From positions 32,001 to 96,000 of the forward strand of contig JBBQFH010000002.1 in the NCBI GenBank assembly GCA_038321865.1: 64,000 nt of DNA, given 5' to 3'. The stretch comes from Gemmatimonadales bacterium. Lineage in GTDB: Bacteria > Gemmatimonadota > Gemmatimonadetes > Gemmatimonadales > GWC2-71-9. The notes below the pieces were generated by a model. That model saw only the letters and a list, made by a program, of their open reading frames with translations. It was not told where the DNA came from and made no database searches. Both the position numbers and the translations under genes were made by a program. Positions 51,882 through 63,090 of the stretch are shown here, piece by piece (position 1 is the stretch's first letter; the number at the start of each line of letters is the position of its first letter).

Positions 51882-53155
51882 CGGCCGGCCACTCCACTGA
51901 CTGCGGCGGCCTGGTAGAGCGGAAACTCATCGCTCAGATCTTCGACCTCACCGCGGACGGCGGCCAGCGTGGCGTCATCCGGCTGCGTGAGCGCGCGGTC
52001 GATCAGGCCCGCGATCCGCTCCATCTCGGGCACGCCCATGCCGCGAGTCGTGAGGGCTGGCGTGCCGATCCGGATCCCGCTGGTGACGAATGGCGATTGG
52101 GGATCGTCCGGAATGGTGTTCTTGTTGACGGTGATCGCCGCGCGCCCGAGCAGCTGCTCGGCGGCCTTGCCGGTCAGGTTCTTGGGGCGGAGGTCCACCA
52201 GCATCAGGTGGGTGTCGGTGCCGCCGGAGACGATTGCAAAACCGCGCTCCGTGAGGGCATCGGCAAGCGCTTGCGCGTTGGCCACGACGGCCCGCGCATA
52301 CTGCCTGAAGTCGTCGGTAAGGACCTCGCCGAATGACACGGCCTTGGCCGCGATGACGTGCTCCAGCGGCCCACCCTGGGTACCGGGAAAGACCGAGCGG
52401 TCCACCGCCTTGGCGAGCTCCGCGCCGCACAAAATCAAGCCGCCTCGTGGACCGCGCAGCGTCTTGTGCGTGGTACTGGTGACGATCGCGGCGTGAGGCA
52501 CCGGAGACGGATGCACCCCGCCGGCCACGAGGCCGGCGAAGTGCGCCATGTCCACCAGAAGCTGTGCTCCCACCTCATCCGCGATCGACCGGAAGGCGCC
52601 GAAGTCGATGATGCGAGAATAGGCACTGCCGCCGGCCACGATCAGCCGCGGCCGCTCGCGCCGCGCCTGATCGCGCACCGCGTCGTAATCGATGCGGCCG
52701 TCGGCCGGGTTGACTCCGTAGTGGACTGCCCGCCAGATAACGCCGCTATGGTTCACCGACGCGCCGTGCGACAGGTGACCGCCGTGCGGCAGCGACATCC
52801 CCATCAGCAGCTCACCCGGCTTGATGAGGGCCATGAACGCCGCGAAGTTGGCCTGCGCGCCGGAATGCGGCTGCACGTTGGCGTGTTCGGACCCAAAGAT
52901 CTGTTTGAGCCGGTCGATCGCGAGCTGCTCGACCTGGTCCACAATCTCGCACCCGCCGTAATACCGCTTGCCCGGGTAACCCTCGGCGTACTTGTTGGTG
53001 AGCGGCGTGCCCATCGCGTCAATCACCGCGCGGCTGGCGAAATTCTCGCTCGCGATCATTTCCAGACCGCGCCGCTGGCGCTCCAGCTCGGCATCGACGA
53101 GGCCGGCGACGGCGGAATCGGCCACGCGGAGTGGCGCGTTGTGATCGAACGTCAT
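51878..53155 (-). CDS. glyA: Serine hydroxymethyltransferase
   Basis: [43 protein letters not shown]. Confidence 0.98.
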   Translation of the reverse strand: MTFDHNAPLRVADSAVAGLVDAELERQRRGLEMIASENFASRAVIDAMGTPLTNKYAEGYPGKRYYGGCEIVDQVEQLAIDRLKQIFGSEHANVQPHSGAQANFAAFMALIKPGELLMGMSLPHGGHLSHGASVNHSGVIWRAVHYGVNPADGRIDYDAVRDQARRERPRLIVAGGSAYSRIIDFGAFRSIADEVGAQLLVDMAHFAGLVAGGVHPSPVPHAAIVTSTTHKTLRGPRGGLILCGAELAKAVDRSVFPGTQGGPLEHVIAAKAVSFGEVLTDDFRQYARAVVANAQALADALTERGFAIVSGGTDTHLMLVDLRPKNLTGKAAEQLLGRAAITVNKNTIPDDPQSPFVTSGIRIGTPALTTRGMGVPEMERIAGLIDRALTQPDDATLAAVRGEVEDLSDEFPLYQAAAVSGVAGR

Positions 53156-53595
53156 GCCGGCACCGCATCGATCCGCGCGACCCGGGAGGCGTGGCGCCCG
53201 CCTTCGAATGGCGTCGCCAGCCAGGCGCGCAGGATGGCGCCGGCGGCGTCCTCGGACAGGAACCGGGCGGGCAGTATCAGGATGTTGGCATCGTTGTGCT
53301 GACGGGAGAGGCGGGCCACTTCCTCGTTCCAGACCACCGCGGCGCGAACGCCCGAATGTCGGTTGGCGGCATACGACATGCCGAGGCCGGTTCCACAGAT
53401 CAGAATGCCGCGGGCGACCTCCCCCGACTCCACTCGTGCCGCCACGGCGTGTGCATAGTCCGGATAGTCGGTCGAGGCGGTCGAGTCGGTGCCCAGGTCG
53501 AGCGGCTCGAGCCCGGCGGCCCGCAGCTCGCTGAGCAGCGACGCCTTGAGGGCATATCCGGCATGATCGGATGCGATGGGGATCACTTCAGGCAT
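53152..53595 (-). CDS. rpiB: Ribose-5-phosphate isomerase B
   Basis: ASDHAG, DYPD, CGTGLGM, HNDAN, FEGGRH. Confidence 0.95.
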   Translation of the reverse strand: MPEVIPIASDHAGYALKASLLSELRAAGLEPLDLGTDSTASTDYPDYAHAVAARVESGEVARGILICGTGLGMSYAANRHSGVRAAVVWNEEVARLSRQHNDANILILPARFLSEDAAGAILRAWLATPFEGGRHASRVARIDAVPA

Positions 53596-53627
53596 GATCC
53601 AATGTAGGGCAAACGCCCCAAAGCGAA

Positions 53628-53654
53628 CAAGACGCCGCAGGCTGCGGCGTCTTG
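53628..53654 (-). terminator. Hairpin between the dehydrogenase gene and rpiB
   Basis: CAAGACGCCGCA-ggc-TGCGGCGTCTTG, followed on the minus strand by TTCGCTTT. Confidence 0.6.
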
Positions 53655-53680
53655 CGCAAAGCTCTTGACAACGCGCCTGG

Positions 53681-54748
53681 TCAGCTCCTGCTGCCCATCC
53701 ACATCTTGTCCAGGCCGTTGACGGCGGCAATGCGTTGCTCGGCCAGCCGGTCGGCCGCCTGGAAGCTCGGGATGCCGTCGCGCCGGGCGATCTCGAAGAT
53801 TCGTGACAGCGTATCGTAGATCTCGCCGGCCTTTTTCTTGGACCGCTCCTCGGGCCAGCGGTGAAGCTCGCCGTACACGTTGATCACGCCGCCGCCGTTG
53901 ATGACGTAGTCCGGCGCGTAGGTCAGCCCCTGCTTCTCCAGGGCGTGGCCGTGCCGCTCTTCGGCCAGCTGGTTGTTGGCGCCGCCGGCGATGATCTCGA
54001 CCTTCAGCCGCTTCAGTGTGTCGTCGTTGATGGTGGCACCGAGCGCGCAGGGTGCGTAGATGTCCGCCTTCTGGTCGTAGATCGCGTCCGGGGTGACCGC
54101 CTTCGCCCCGAACTCCTCGACGACGCGTTTCACCTTCTCCGCGTCGATATCCGTCACGATCAGCTTGGCGCCTTCGCTGTGAAGGTGGCGCGACAGGTAG
54201 TAGGCGACCTTGCCGCATCCCTGCACTGCCACCGTCTTCCCGGCGAGGCTGTCGTTGTGCCACCGGGCGTTCGCGGTGGCCTTCATCCCCATGTAGACGC
54301 CGTAGGCCGTGATCGGCGACGGATCGCCGGAGAGCCCCATCAGGCCGGCCACGTGATTCGTCTCCAGCCGGATGAATTCCATGTCGGCGGGACTCGTGCC
54401 CACGTCCTCCGCGCTGATGTAGCGGCCATTAAGCGTTTCAATGAACCGGCCGTGGGCCCGGAACAGCGCCTCGCGGTCGGTGCGCTTGTTGTCGCCGATG
54501 ATGACCGACTTGCCGCCGCCCAGATTCAGGCCCGCCACGGCCGCCTTGTAGGTCATGCCGCGCGCGAGCCTCAGCGCATCGGTGATCGCCTCGTCCGTGC
54601 TGGCGTACTGCCAGAATCGTGTGCCACCGAGCGCGGGACCAAGAGTGGTGTCATGAATGGCGATGATGCCGACGTACCCGCAGGAGGGGTCATGTCCCAG
54701 TACGAGCTGTTCGTGTCCCAGCGACTGCATGACCGCAAAGGTGTCCAT
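53681..54748 (-). CDS. Leucine/valine dehydrogenase (Glu/Leu/Phe/Val family)
   Basis: [39 protein letters not shown]. Confidence 0.93.
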   Translation of the reverse strand: MDTFAVMQSLGHEQLVLGHDPSCGYVGIIAIHDTTLGPALGGTRFWQYASTDEAITDALRLARGMTYKAAVAGLNLGGGKSVIIGDNKRTDREALFRAHGRFIETLNGRYISAEDVGTSPADMEFIRLETNHVAGLMGLSGDPSPITAYGVYMGMKATANARWHNDSLAGKTVAVQGCGKVAYYLSRHLHSEGAKLIVTDIDAEKVKRVVEEFGAKAVTPDAIYDQKADIYAPCALGATINDDTLKRLKVEIIAGGANNQLAEERHGHALEKQGLTYAPDYVINGGGVINVYGELHRWPEERSKKKAGEIYDTLSRIFEIARRDGIPSFQAADRLAEQRIAAVNGLDKMWMGSRS

Positions 54749-54803
54749 CGAAGCGCGACTCCGGTTGAGGCGGAACGTCAGTTGGGGCGGCCGTGCGCGA
54801 CGG

Positions 54804-55655
54804 TCACCGGGTTTCGTAGCTGTAAAAGCCCCGGCCACTCTTGCGACCGAGATGGCCAGCGGCAACCATCTTCCTGAGCAGCGGACAGGGTCGGTACTTG
54901 TCGTCGCCGAGGCCGCGGTGCATCACCTCGATGATTGCCAGACACACGTCGAGCCCAATGAAGTCCGCCAGCGCCAGCGGGCCCATGGGATGGGCCATCC
55001 CGAGCTTCATGACCGTATCGATCGCCTCGGGCGTGGCGACCCCTTCCATCACGCAGAAGACTGCTTCGTTGATCATCGGCATCAGCACGCGGTTGGCCAC
55101 GAAGCCGGGATAGTCGTTTACCTCGACCGGGGTCTTGCCCAGTTCCCGGGCGATCTCCATGACCGTTGCCGCCGTCGCATCGGTCGTCGCGTGACCGCGG
55201 ATCACCTCGACCAGCTGCATCACCGGCACCGGATTCATGAAGTGCATGCCGATCACCTGGCCCGGGCGACCCGTGCGCGAAGCAATCTCCGTGATGGAGA
55301 TCGAGCTGGTGTTGGTCGCCAGGATCGCCTCGGCGCCGGTGATCCGGTCGAGTGCCTCGAAGATCGAAAACTTGACGGACGGGTCTTCGCTCGCGGCTTC
55401 GATCACGAGCGCGGCCCCAGCCGCGCTGTCGAGGGCGGTCGCGGTCGTGATGCGGCCGAGGATCCGGTCGGCCGACCCTTCCGGCAGCACGCCCTTCTTC
55501 ACCTGGCGGTCTACATTGCCCCGGATCGTGGTCCTGGCGCGTTCAAGGGCGGCCGCCGCCGTGTCGATCAGCGTCACCTGCCATCCATGCTGCGCGAAGA
55601 GATGCGCGATGCCGTTGCCCATGGTGCCCGCGCCGATCACGGCCGCCTGCTTCAT
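54804..55655 (-). CDS. hbd: 3-hydroxybutyryl-CoA dehydrogenase
   Basis: [40 protein letters not shown]. Confidence 0.93.
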   Translation of the reverse strand: MKQAAVIGAGTMGNGIAHLFAQHGWQVTLIDTAAAALERARTTIRGNVDRQVKKGVLPEGSADRILGRITTATALDSAAGAALVIEAASEDPSVKFSIFEALDRITGAEAILATNTSSISITEIASRTGRPGQVIGMHFMNPVPVMQLVEVIRGHATTDATAATVMEIARELGKTPVEVNDYPGFVANRVLMPMINEAVFCVMEGVATPEAIDTVMKLGMAHPMGPLALADFIGLDVCLAIIEVMHRGLGDDKYRPCPLLRKMVAAGHLGRKSGRGFYSYETR

Positions 55656-56497
55656 GACGTCGTCCTCCGGGTCCACCGCTGCGTCGCCAGGATCGCCGCC
55701 GAGATGGCGATCGTCGCCACCAGGCCGCCTTCCGGGCCGAATCGGCCCCCGGTAAACCATCCGGGCGTGCCGGGCAGGTGATCGATGAAAGGGATGCGGA
55801 ATGGCAGGCCGCTCACCGGCGCGTCCGCTGCCGCCAGCGTGAGGTTCCAGCCGAGGTGCACGCCGAATGCAGTCCAGATTCCGCCGGGCGCGAAGAATGC
55901 CACGCCGAGCAGCACGCCGGCGAGCGCGATGTTGGCGAGTCCGAGCGTGGTGGCATCGAGATTTCGGGCATGGGCCGCGGCGAACAGCAGGGAGAGGACA
56001 ACCACCGGCTTCCAGCGTCCAAAGGCGGCAGCGAGGAGCACCAGCGGCAGGCCGCGGAAGACAACCTCCTCGCTCAGGGCCGCCGGCGCCAGCGCACCGA
56101 GCGTCGCCCCCAGCCGCACCAGATATTGCCCGAAGGAGCCGGCATCACGGGTCCAGAGTCCGCCCGCCGGGACGGCGAGCAGCAGCGCGCCCAGCGCGGC
56201 GGCCAGACCGAGCGTCATGCCGAGCCCGAAGCCCCGCACGCGCGGGCCAACCGCCCGCCAGCGAAGGTCATCCGCGCCGAGGTGCAGCACCCGACGGCCG
56301 ATGAGCCAGGTGGCGAGCCCGAAGCCGAGCAGCTGGGACACGCCGGCGACGAGCAGCTGCTCCGCGCCGATCACCTGGAGTGTCGCCAGCCCGGTCTGGA
56401 AGTCGGCGAACCGGAGCGCGGCATACGTGCAGTAGCAGATGACCGTGAACACAAAACCGATGAGAAGGAAGGCGATCGACCAACCGATCGCCTTCAT
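55652..56497 (-). CDS. CPBP (CAAX/Abi) intramembrane protease
   Basis: EEVVFRG, FAAAH and HLGWN motifs; multiple TMs. Confidence 0.88.
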   Translation of the reverse strand: MKAIGWSIAFLLIGFVFTVICYCTYAALRFADFQTGLATLQVIGAEQLLVAGVSQLLGFGLATWLIGRRVLHLGADDLRWRAVGPRVRGFGLGMTLGLAAALGALLLAVPAGGLWTRDAGSFGQYLVRLGATLGALAPAALSEEVVFRGLPLVLLAAAFGRWKPVVVLSLLFAAAHARNLDATTLGLANIALAGVLLGVAFFAPGGIWTAFGVHLGWNLTLAAADAPVSGLPFRIPFIDHLPGTPGWFTGGRFGPEGGLVATIAISAAILATQRWTRRTTS

Positions 56498-56541
56498 GCG
56501 GGAGGGGCCGGCGGGACGCCGCTGAGGCTGGGTCAAGCCGA

Positions 56542-57732
56542 TCAGACCCGCTCGACGCTGAGGGCCACCGCGTTGCCACCGCCGAGGCACAGCGTGGCCA
56601 GGCCGGTGGAGGCACCCCGGTCCTGCAGCGCGTAGAGGAGCGTCGTGAGGACTCGTGCCCCGCTGGCACCGATCGGGTGCCCGAGCGCCACCGCGCCGCC
56701 GTTCACGTTCACGCGATCCCAGTCCCAGCCCAGGGCGCGCCCATCGGCGAGCGCCTGCACCGCGAACGCCTCGTTGGCTTCGATGAGGTCATAGTCGCCG
56801 ATCGCGGTGCCCGCTTTCGCCATCAGGTTTCTGACGGCGACGATCGGGGCGAAGAAGATCTCCTTCGGCTCACCCCCGCCCGTGGCGTAGGCGGTGACCC
56901 GCGCCATCGGCGTGAGCCCGTGAGTCCTGGCGAACGCGAGCGAGGTGACGACCAGGGCGCTGCCGCCGTCGTTGAGTCCGGGCGCGTTTCCGGCCGTCAC
57001 CGTGCCGCCATCCCTGCGAAACGCCGGCTTCAGCTTGGCCAGGGTGTCGGCGGTGGTGTCTTTCCGGGGTGACTCGTCCGCCGACACGACAGTGGGGCCG
57101 CCCTTGCCCGGCACGCTGACCGGGAGGATCTCGGCGCTGAACCGCCCGGCTTCGGCGGCGGCGACCGCCTTGCGGTGGCTGTCGACCGCGAACTGATCCT
57201 GATCCTTCCGCGAGATACCCGCCTTCTCACCGGTATACTCGGCATACTCGCCCATGTGATTGCCGCCGAACGAATCCCAGAGTCCGTCATGGATCATGCC
57301 GTCCACCATCGTCTGGTTACCGGCCTTGATGCCGTTGCGCATGCCGTAGACGTAGTGGGGCGCGGTCGACATCGATTCCTGACCGCCGGCCACGACGCAC
57401 TGGCGGTCACCGGCCCGGATCGCCTGTGCCGCCAGCATTACGGCCCGGAGGCCGGAGCCGCAGACCTCGTTGATGGTGACTGCGGACGTCGTCGCGGGAA
57501 TCCCGGCGCCGATCAGCGCCTGGCGAGCCGGCGCCTGTCCGGATCCGCCCTGCACGACCTGGCCCATGAACACCTCATCCACGGCCTCGACGGGAATGCC
57601 CGCGCGTCGCACCGCCTCCCGGATCGCCATGGCGCCGAGTTGCGGGGCACTGAAAGACGAGAGGCCGCCGAGATAACGCCCGATGGGCGTACGAACGGCG
57701 GCCACGATCACCGGGGTAGTGCTGTCGCTCAC
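56542..57732 (-). CDS. Acetyl-CoA C-acetyltransferase (thiolase)
   Basis: [35 protein letters not shown]. Confidence 0.95.
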   Translation of the reverse strand: MSDSTTPVIVAAVRTPIGRYLGGLSSFSAPQLGAMAIREAVRRAGIPVEAVDEVFMGQVVQGGSGQAPARQALIGAGIPATTSAVTINEVCGSGLRAVMLAAQAIRAGDRQCVVAGGQESMSTAPHYVYGMRNGIKAGNQTMVDGMIHDGLWDSFGGNHMGEYAEYTGEKAGISRKDQDQFAVDSHRKAVAAAEAGRFSAEILPVSVPGKGGPTVVSADESPRKDTTADTLAKLKPAFRRDGGTVTAGNAPGLNDGGSALVVTSLAFARTHGLTPMARVTAYATGGGEPKEIFFAPIVAVRNLMAKAGTAIGDYDLIEANEAFAVQALADGRALGWDWDRVNVNGGAVALGHPIGASGARVLTTLLYALQDRGASTGLATLCLGGGNAVALSVERV

Positions 57733-57801
57733 GGATTCCGACTCCAGTAAGGGTCCGAAACGACGGCAAGATAGCGGGGGCGAGACCCCGCTTCAATTGC
57801 C

Positions 57802-59742
57802 TCAGCCCGTCAAGGCCCTGGTGCGGACTTCCTCGCGCACGCGGGCGATGAAATCGTCCGCCGTCATTACTTCCTGTTTCTTCCCCGCCCCACGGCTCCG
57901 CAGGGCCAGGCCGTCCGCCTCAGCCTCCCGCTGGCCGGCGACGGCCATATAGGGAACCTTCTGCATCTCGGCTTCGCGGATCCGGTAGTTGAGCGTCTCG
58001 GTCCGGTCATCCACGTGGACCCGCAGGCCGGCGGCCTTGAGCCGCGCCGCCAACCGCCGCGCGTAGTCATTCTGGTCGGCCGATATCGGGATGACGCGCA
58101 CCTGCTCGGGCGCGAGCCAGACCGGGAAGGCGCCGGCAAAATGCTCGATCAGATTGCCGATGAATCGCTCGAGCGTGCCGTAGATGGCCCGGTGGATCAT
58201 CACCGGACGGTGCGGCCGGTTGTCGGGGCCGGTGTACTCCAGCTCGAAGCGCTCCGGCAGCTGGAAATCCAGCTGGATCGTCGGCCCCTGCCAGAGGCGC
58301 CCGATCGCATCCCTGAACTTGATATCGATCTTGGGGCCGTAGAACGCCCCGCCCCCTTCGTCGATCCGGAACGGAATCGCCTTGCGGGCGAGCGCGGACT
58401 GCAGCATCGCCTCGGCCCGCTCCCACGTCTCGTCGTCGCCGAGCCGCTCGGGCGGGCGGGTCGAGACCTCGAAGTCGAGCTCGAAGCCGAAGGTCTGCTT
58501 GACGAGCCGGTCCACCTGATCGAGGCAAAGGAAGATCTCGTCCTCCACCTGGTCCATGGTACAGAAGATGTGCGCATCATCCATGCACAGGCCGCGGACG
58601 CGAAGGAGCCCGTGGAGGACACCGGACCGTTCGTTCCGGTAGACGTTGGCGACCTCGGACAGCCGCAGCGGCAGGTCGCGGTAGCTCCGCTGTTGTGTGC
58701 GATAGATCAGGCTGTGCATCGGACAGTTCATCGGCTTGACGCGGTAGCGCACGTCCTCCGACTCCTCGTGTCCGGCGGCCATGGCCGGGTATTGGTTGGC
58801 CTCGTACAGCGGCAGGTGTCCGGAGATCCGGAACAGCTCCTCGCGGGTGATGTTCGGCGTATACACCAGATCGTACCCGCTGGCGACGTTGTCGTCCTCC
58901 ACGGCGCGGGACAGGAGCCACTTCACCATGGCGCCCTTGGGATGCCAGAACACCAGGCCGGGACCCACGATCTCCTGGATGGAAAACAGGTCGAGCTGCT
59001 TGCCGATGACACGATGATCGCGGCGCCGGGCCTCTTCGAGCCGGTGCAGGTAGGCGTCCAGGTCTTCCTTCTTGAACCAGGCCGTCCCGTAGATGCGCTG
59101 CAGCATCTGCCGCTTTTCATCGCCGCGCCAGTACGCGCCGGCGGCATTGAGCAGCTTGAAGTGCTTCAATCGCCCGGTGCTGGGCACATGGGGACCGCGG
59201 CACAGGTCCACGAACGGACCATCGGTGTAGACGCTGATCGTGTCATCCTCGCCCAGCTCGCCGATCCGCTCGAGCTTGAGCGGGTCGTCGGCAAAACGGC
59301 GATTCGCCTCCGCACGGTCGACCACCTCCCGAATGAAGGGGAAGTCGCGCTGCGCGACTTCGCTCATCTTCCGCTCGATCTGCTCCAGATCCTCGGGGGT
59401 GAACGGGCGAGCCACCTGAAAATCGTAGTAGAAGCCATCCTCGATCGCGGGCCCGAATCCGATCCCGGCTCCGGGATACAGCTCTCGCACCGCGGTCGCG
59501 AGAATGTGGGCCGCGGAATGACGCAGGAGCGCGAGGGAGTCGGGATCTCGATCGGTGAGGAGCGCGATCCCAGCGTCGGCGGTGATCGCGCGATCGAGAT
59601 CCCACACCGCGCCATCGACCCGCGCCGCGAGGGCCGCCTTCGCGAGCCCCGGACCGATCGCCTCGGCCAACGCTCGCCCCGTGGTACCCTGCGGCATGTC
59701 ACGGACACTGCCATCGGGCAGGGTCAACCGGACAGTGCTCAC
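57802..59742 (-). CDS. thrS: Threonyl-tRNA synthetase
   Basis: TGS domain, RHSAAH, DLCRGPH, KPMNCP, FYGPKID, HRAIYG; GTG start with AGGAG. Confidence 0.98.
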   Translation of the reverse strand: MSTVRLTLPDGSVRDMPQGTTGRALAEAIGPGLAKAALAARVDGAVWDLDRAITADAGIALLTDRDPDSLALLRHSAAHILATAVRELYPGAGIGFGPAIEDGFYYDFQVARPFTPEDLEQIERKMSEVAQRDFPFIREVVDRAEANRRFADDPLKLERIGELGEDDTISVYTDGPFVDLCRGPHVPSTGRLKHFKLLNAAGAYWRGDEKRQMLQRIYGTAWFKKEDLDAYLHRLEEARRRDHRVIGKQLDLFSIQEIVGPGLVFWHPKGAMVKWLLSRAVEDDNVASGYDLVYTPNITREELFRISGHLPLYEANQYPAMAAGHEESEDVRYRVKPMNCPMHSLIYRTQQRSYRDLPLRLSEVANVYRNERSGVLHGLLRVRGLCMDDAHIFCTMDQVEDEIFLCLDQVDRLVKQTFGFELDFEVSTRPPERLGDDETWERAEAMLQSALARKAIPFRIDEGGGAFYGPKIDIKFRDAIGRLWQGPTIQLDFQLPERFELEYTGPDNRPHRPVMIHRAIYGTLERFIGNLIEHFAGAFPVWLAPEQVRVIPISADQNDYARRLAARLKAAGLRVHVDDRTETLNYRIREAEMQKVPYMAVAGQREAEADGLALRSRGAGKKQEVMTADDFIARVREEVRTRALTG

Positions 59743-59891
59743 GGCGTGAGCTCCTGGCCTGCCGGCGGCACCACCGCGCGAGTAGTCGGCGCCAGCCACA
59801 GGTAGAGAACCACGCCGGCGATCACGACCGCCGCCATGACGATCCAGCGCAGCAGTTCCGGCAACGTCGCGTCGACGCGTTCTTCGGCCAT
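59739..59891 (-). CDS. Small single-TM protein (50 aa)
   Basis: MAEERVDATLPELLRWIVMAAVVIAGVVLYLWLAPTTRAVVPPAGQELTP; stop overlaps the thrS GTG (GTGA). Confidence 0.65.
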   Translation of the reverse strand: MAEERVDATLPELLRWIVMAAVVIAGVVLYLWLAPTTRAVVPPAGQELTP

Positions 59892-59989
59892 GCGGATACC
59901 CGGTTTCTGGGAGAAGCGAAGTCGTGCACGCCGTGCGTGAACGATGTTAAGTTAACGCAATCCGCAAACTTTTTGCATGAGGATTCGCA

Positions 59990-60424
59990 GTGTCGAACAA
60001 CGATCGTCTCTCCCTCGGTGAATCGGTGATCTGGAGCGCGCTCGGCCTGACCGCCGGCGTCGTGGCCGGCGCGGCGCTGAGCCAGTGGATCGGCGGGGTC
60101 AACCGACCCCGAATCAGGCGCGCCGCCTCGCGCATCCAGCAGCCAGAGGCGGTGGGACGGATGCCCCTGCCGACCGCTGCTCGCGCGGCGGCGGCGGCAC
60201 TTCTCGCCGATGCGCGCCTCAAGGGGCTGGGCCTCGAAGCCATACCGGTCTCACGCGGCGCGGTGGAGCTCCGCGGCTGGGTGGATGACCGCGCCGCACG
60301 GGCGCGCGCCGCGCGGGCGGTCCGCGCGCTGCCGGGAATCGACACCGTCATCAACAGCATCCTGGTGCGAGGCGAGGATGACCGCCTTTCCGCGCCGGGC
60401 CAACCGACCGACCTGCTCGCATGA
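59990..60424 (+). CDS. BON-domain membrane-anchored protein
   Basis: N-terminal TM; GAVELRGWV...ARAVRALPGIDTVINSILV, a BON pattern. Confidence 0.8.
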   Translation: MSNNDRLSLGESVIWSALGLTAGVVAGAALSQWIGGVNRPRIRRAASRIQQPEAVGRMPLPTAARAAAAALLADARLKGLGLEAIPVSRGAVELRGWVDDRAARARAARAVRALPGIDTVINSILVRGEDDRLSAPGQPTDLLA

Positions 60425-63090
60425 GCGAGCCGCTCGCGCCACAGTACGATCCCAACGCCATCGAAGCTCCGCTGTATCGGCAATGGAAGGCCGATCGGCT
60501 GTTCGACGCCGGCCGCGCCGGGGATCCGTACGTGCTGATGATGCCCCCGCCGAACGTGACGGCGCAGCTGCACATGGGACATGGTCTCAACAACACCGTG
60601 CAGGACGCCCTCGCCCGGTTCGAGCGCATGCGCGGTCGCGACACCCTGTGGCTGCCTGGCACCGATCACGCCGGCATCGCCACACAGAACGTCGTGGAGC
60701 GGCTGCTCGCGAAGGAGGGGCAGACGCGGTTCGATCTCGGACGCGAGGAGTTCGTCGCACGCGTCTGGCAGTACGTCCGCGAGACCGGTGCCACCATCCT
60801 CGAGCAGCTGGAGGCGATCGGGTCGAGCTGCGACTGGACCCGCACCTATTTCACGCTCGATGAAGGGCTGTCCCGCGCCGTGCGCGAGGCGTTCGTGCGC
60901 CTGTACGAGAAGGGCCTGATCTATCGCGGCCATTACATCATCAACTGGTGCCCGCGCTGCCTCACCGCGCTCTCCAACGAGGAGGCGGAGAAGGAAGAGG
61001 TGGATGGACATCTGTACCACCTGCGCTATCCCCTGGCGGCCGGAGGTCATCTCACCGTCGCGACCACGCGTCCGGAGACGATGCTGGGCGATACCGGCGT
61101 CGCCGTTCACCCGGGCGATGAGCGCTACCAGCACCTGATCGGCACCGAGGTCCTGCTTCCGCTGACCGGCCGGCGGATTCCGATCGTCGCCGACGACGCC
61201 GTGGATCCCGCGTTCGGGAGCGGTGCCGTGAAGATGACCCCGGCGCACGACCCGACCGACTTCGACATCGGGCGGCGGCACGGGCTGGCCACCATCGACA
61301 TCATGACGCCGGAGGCGCGCATCGCCGAAACGGCGCCCGAACGCTTCCAGGGGCTCGATCGCTTCGAAGCCCGCAAGCGCGTCATCGCCGAGCTCGAGTC
61401 GCTGGGCCTGCTGGAGAAGATCGAGCCGCACCGGCACGCGGTCGGCCACTGCTACCGGTGCGGCACCATCGTCGAGCCGAGGCTGTCGGATCAGTGGTTT
61501 GTGCGCATGGCCCCGCTCGCCGAACCCGCGCTCGCGGCATATCGCGACGGCACGCTCCGATTCATCCCCGAGCGCCGCGGCGACGAGTATGTCCAATGGC
61601 TCGAGAGCATACGTGACTGGTGCATTTCCCGGCAGCTGTGGTGGGGGCACCGGATTCCGGTCTGGTACTGCGATGCGCCCGAGTGCGGACACCAGACCGT
61701 GAGCCGGACCGACGTCACCGCGTGCGCGGGCTGCGGCGGCCGGGTGCGGCAGGATGACGACGTCCTCGATACCTGGTTCTCGTCCTGGCTGGTGCCGTTC
61801 TCAAGCCTTGGCTGGCCCGATCGCAGCGCGGATCTCGATCGGTACTATCCCGGCGACACACTGGTGACCGCGCCCGAGATTCTTTTTTTCTGGGTGTCGC
61901 GGATGGTGATGGCGGGGTGCGAGTTCATGGGGCAGTCCCCGTTCTCCACCGTCTACCTGCATGGTACAGTGCGCGACACGCAGCACCGCAAGATGTCCAA
62001 GTCGCTGGGCAACGGCATCGATCCGCTCGATGTGGTGGAACGCTATGGTGCCGACGCGCTCCGCTATACGATCCTCGCGGGCATGACGGTCGGCACCGAC
62101 CTGATCCTGGATCCGACCGACCTCGAGTCCTCGTTCGCGGCCGGCCGGAATTTCGCCAACAAGCTCTGGAACGCCGGGCGATTCATCGTGTCCAATGTCG
62201 ACGGACCGACACGGCCGCTGGCCGGGGTGCGGGCCGACGTCGTCCGGCACGAGGAGCTCACGCTCGCGGATCGCTGGATCATCGCCCGGTGCGATGCCAT
62301 CGTCATCGAAGCCACCGACGCGTATGAACGCTATCGACTCAATGACGCGGCCGCGGTGCTGTACCGGTTCCTCTGGAGCGACCTGGCCGACTGGTACATC
62401 GAGCTGATCAAGCCTCGGCTCTACGGCGACATCGCCGGAGGGGACGTGGCGCGCGCGGTAGCGGTCTCCGTGTTCGATGCCGCCCTGCGGTGCCTTCACC
62501 CGGTGATGCCGTTCATCACCGACGCCTTGTGGCGCCGGATCCCGGGTCGGGCCGCCGAGGCCACGATCATGCGCGCGCACTGGCCGCGCCCCGATCGCCG
62601 CGCGCCCGACGAGGAAGCAGTGCGCGACTTCACCCTGGTGCAGGAGCTGATCGGGACAATCCGCGCGATCCGCGCCGAGTACAATGTCCAGCCCGGCCAG
62701 CAGGTGCGGGCGATCGTCACGGGACTCTCGCCCGCCGCGCGGCGGGGATTCTCCGCGGAACTCGGCACGATCGTCCGGCTCGCGAGACTGGCGTCCCTCG
62801 GCTTCGAGGCGACCGACGAGCGGGTGGGCGGACATGCCGCGTTGTCCGACGGCAGCTCGCTGTTCGTCCCGCTGGGTGACGCGATCGACCTGGGACGCGA
62901 ATGTCGGCGTCTCGGCGATGAGGTCACGCGCCTGCGACAGCTCATCGATGCACAGGAAAACAGGCTGGGCAACGCGCAGTTCACCGCACGTGCCCCGGCG
63001 GACGTCGTCGAACGGGAACGCCAGAAACTGCGATCTTGGACCGATCAGGCGGGCGTCCTGACTGCGAAGCGCGAGTTGCTCGGGTGCTGA
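60421..63090 (+). CDS. valS: Valyl-tRNA synthetase
   Basis: PPPNVT..LHMGH, GTDHAGIATQ, WCISRQLWWGH, KMSKS, C-terminal coiled coil. Confidence 0.98.
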   Translation: MSEPLAPQYDPNAIEAPLYRQWKADRLFDAGRAGDPYVLMMPPPNVTAQLHMGHGLNNTVQDALARFERMRGRDTLWLPGTDHAGIATQNVVERLLAKEGQTRFDLGREEFVARVWQYVRETGATILEQLEAIGSSCDWTRTYFTLDEGLSRAVREAFVRLYEKGLIYRGHYIINWCPRCLTALSNEEAEKEEVDGHLYHLRYPLAAGGHLTVATTRPETMLGDTGVAVHPGDERYQHLIGTEVLLPLTGRRIPIVADDAVDPAFGSGAVKMTPAHDPTDFDIGRRHGLATIDIMTPEARIAETAPERFQGLDRFEARKRVIAELESLGLLEKIEPHRHAVGHCYRCGTIVEPRLSDQWFVRMAPLAEPALAAYRDGTLRFIPERRGDEYVQWLESIRDWCISRQLWWGHRIPVWYCDAPECGHQTVSRTDVTACAGCGGRVRQDDDVLDTWFSSWLVPFSSLGWPDRSADLDRYYPGDTLVTAPEILFFWVSRMVMAGCEFMGQSPFSTVYLHGTVRDTQHRKMSKSLGNGIDPLDVVERYGADALRYTILAGMTVGTDLILDPTDLESSFAAGRNFANKLWNAGRFIVSNVDGPTRPLAGVRADVVRHEELTLADRWIIARCDAIVIEATDAYERYRLNDAAAVLYRFLWSDLADWYIELIKPRLYGDIAGGDVARAVAVSVFDAALRCLHPVMPFITDALWRRIPGRAAEATIMRAHWPRPDRRAPDEEAVRDFTLVQELIGTIRAIRAEYNVQPGQQVRAIVTGLSPAARRGFSAELGTIVRLARLASLGFEATDERVGGHAALSDGSSLFVPLGDAIDLGRECRRLGDEVTRLRQLIDAQENRLGNAQFTARAPADVVERERQKLRSWTDQAGVLTAKRELLGC

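Noticed and set aside
59944..59960. GTTAAGTTAAC as a CtrA-like box in the thrS/valS divergent promoter
   Set aside because: Spacing does not match TTAA-N7-TTAA; probably just AT-rich promoter sequence.
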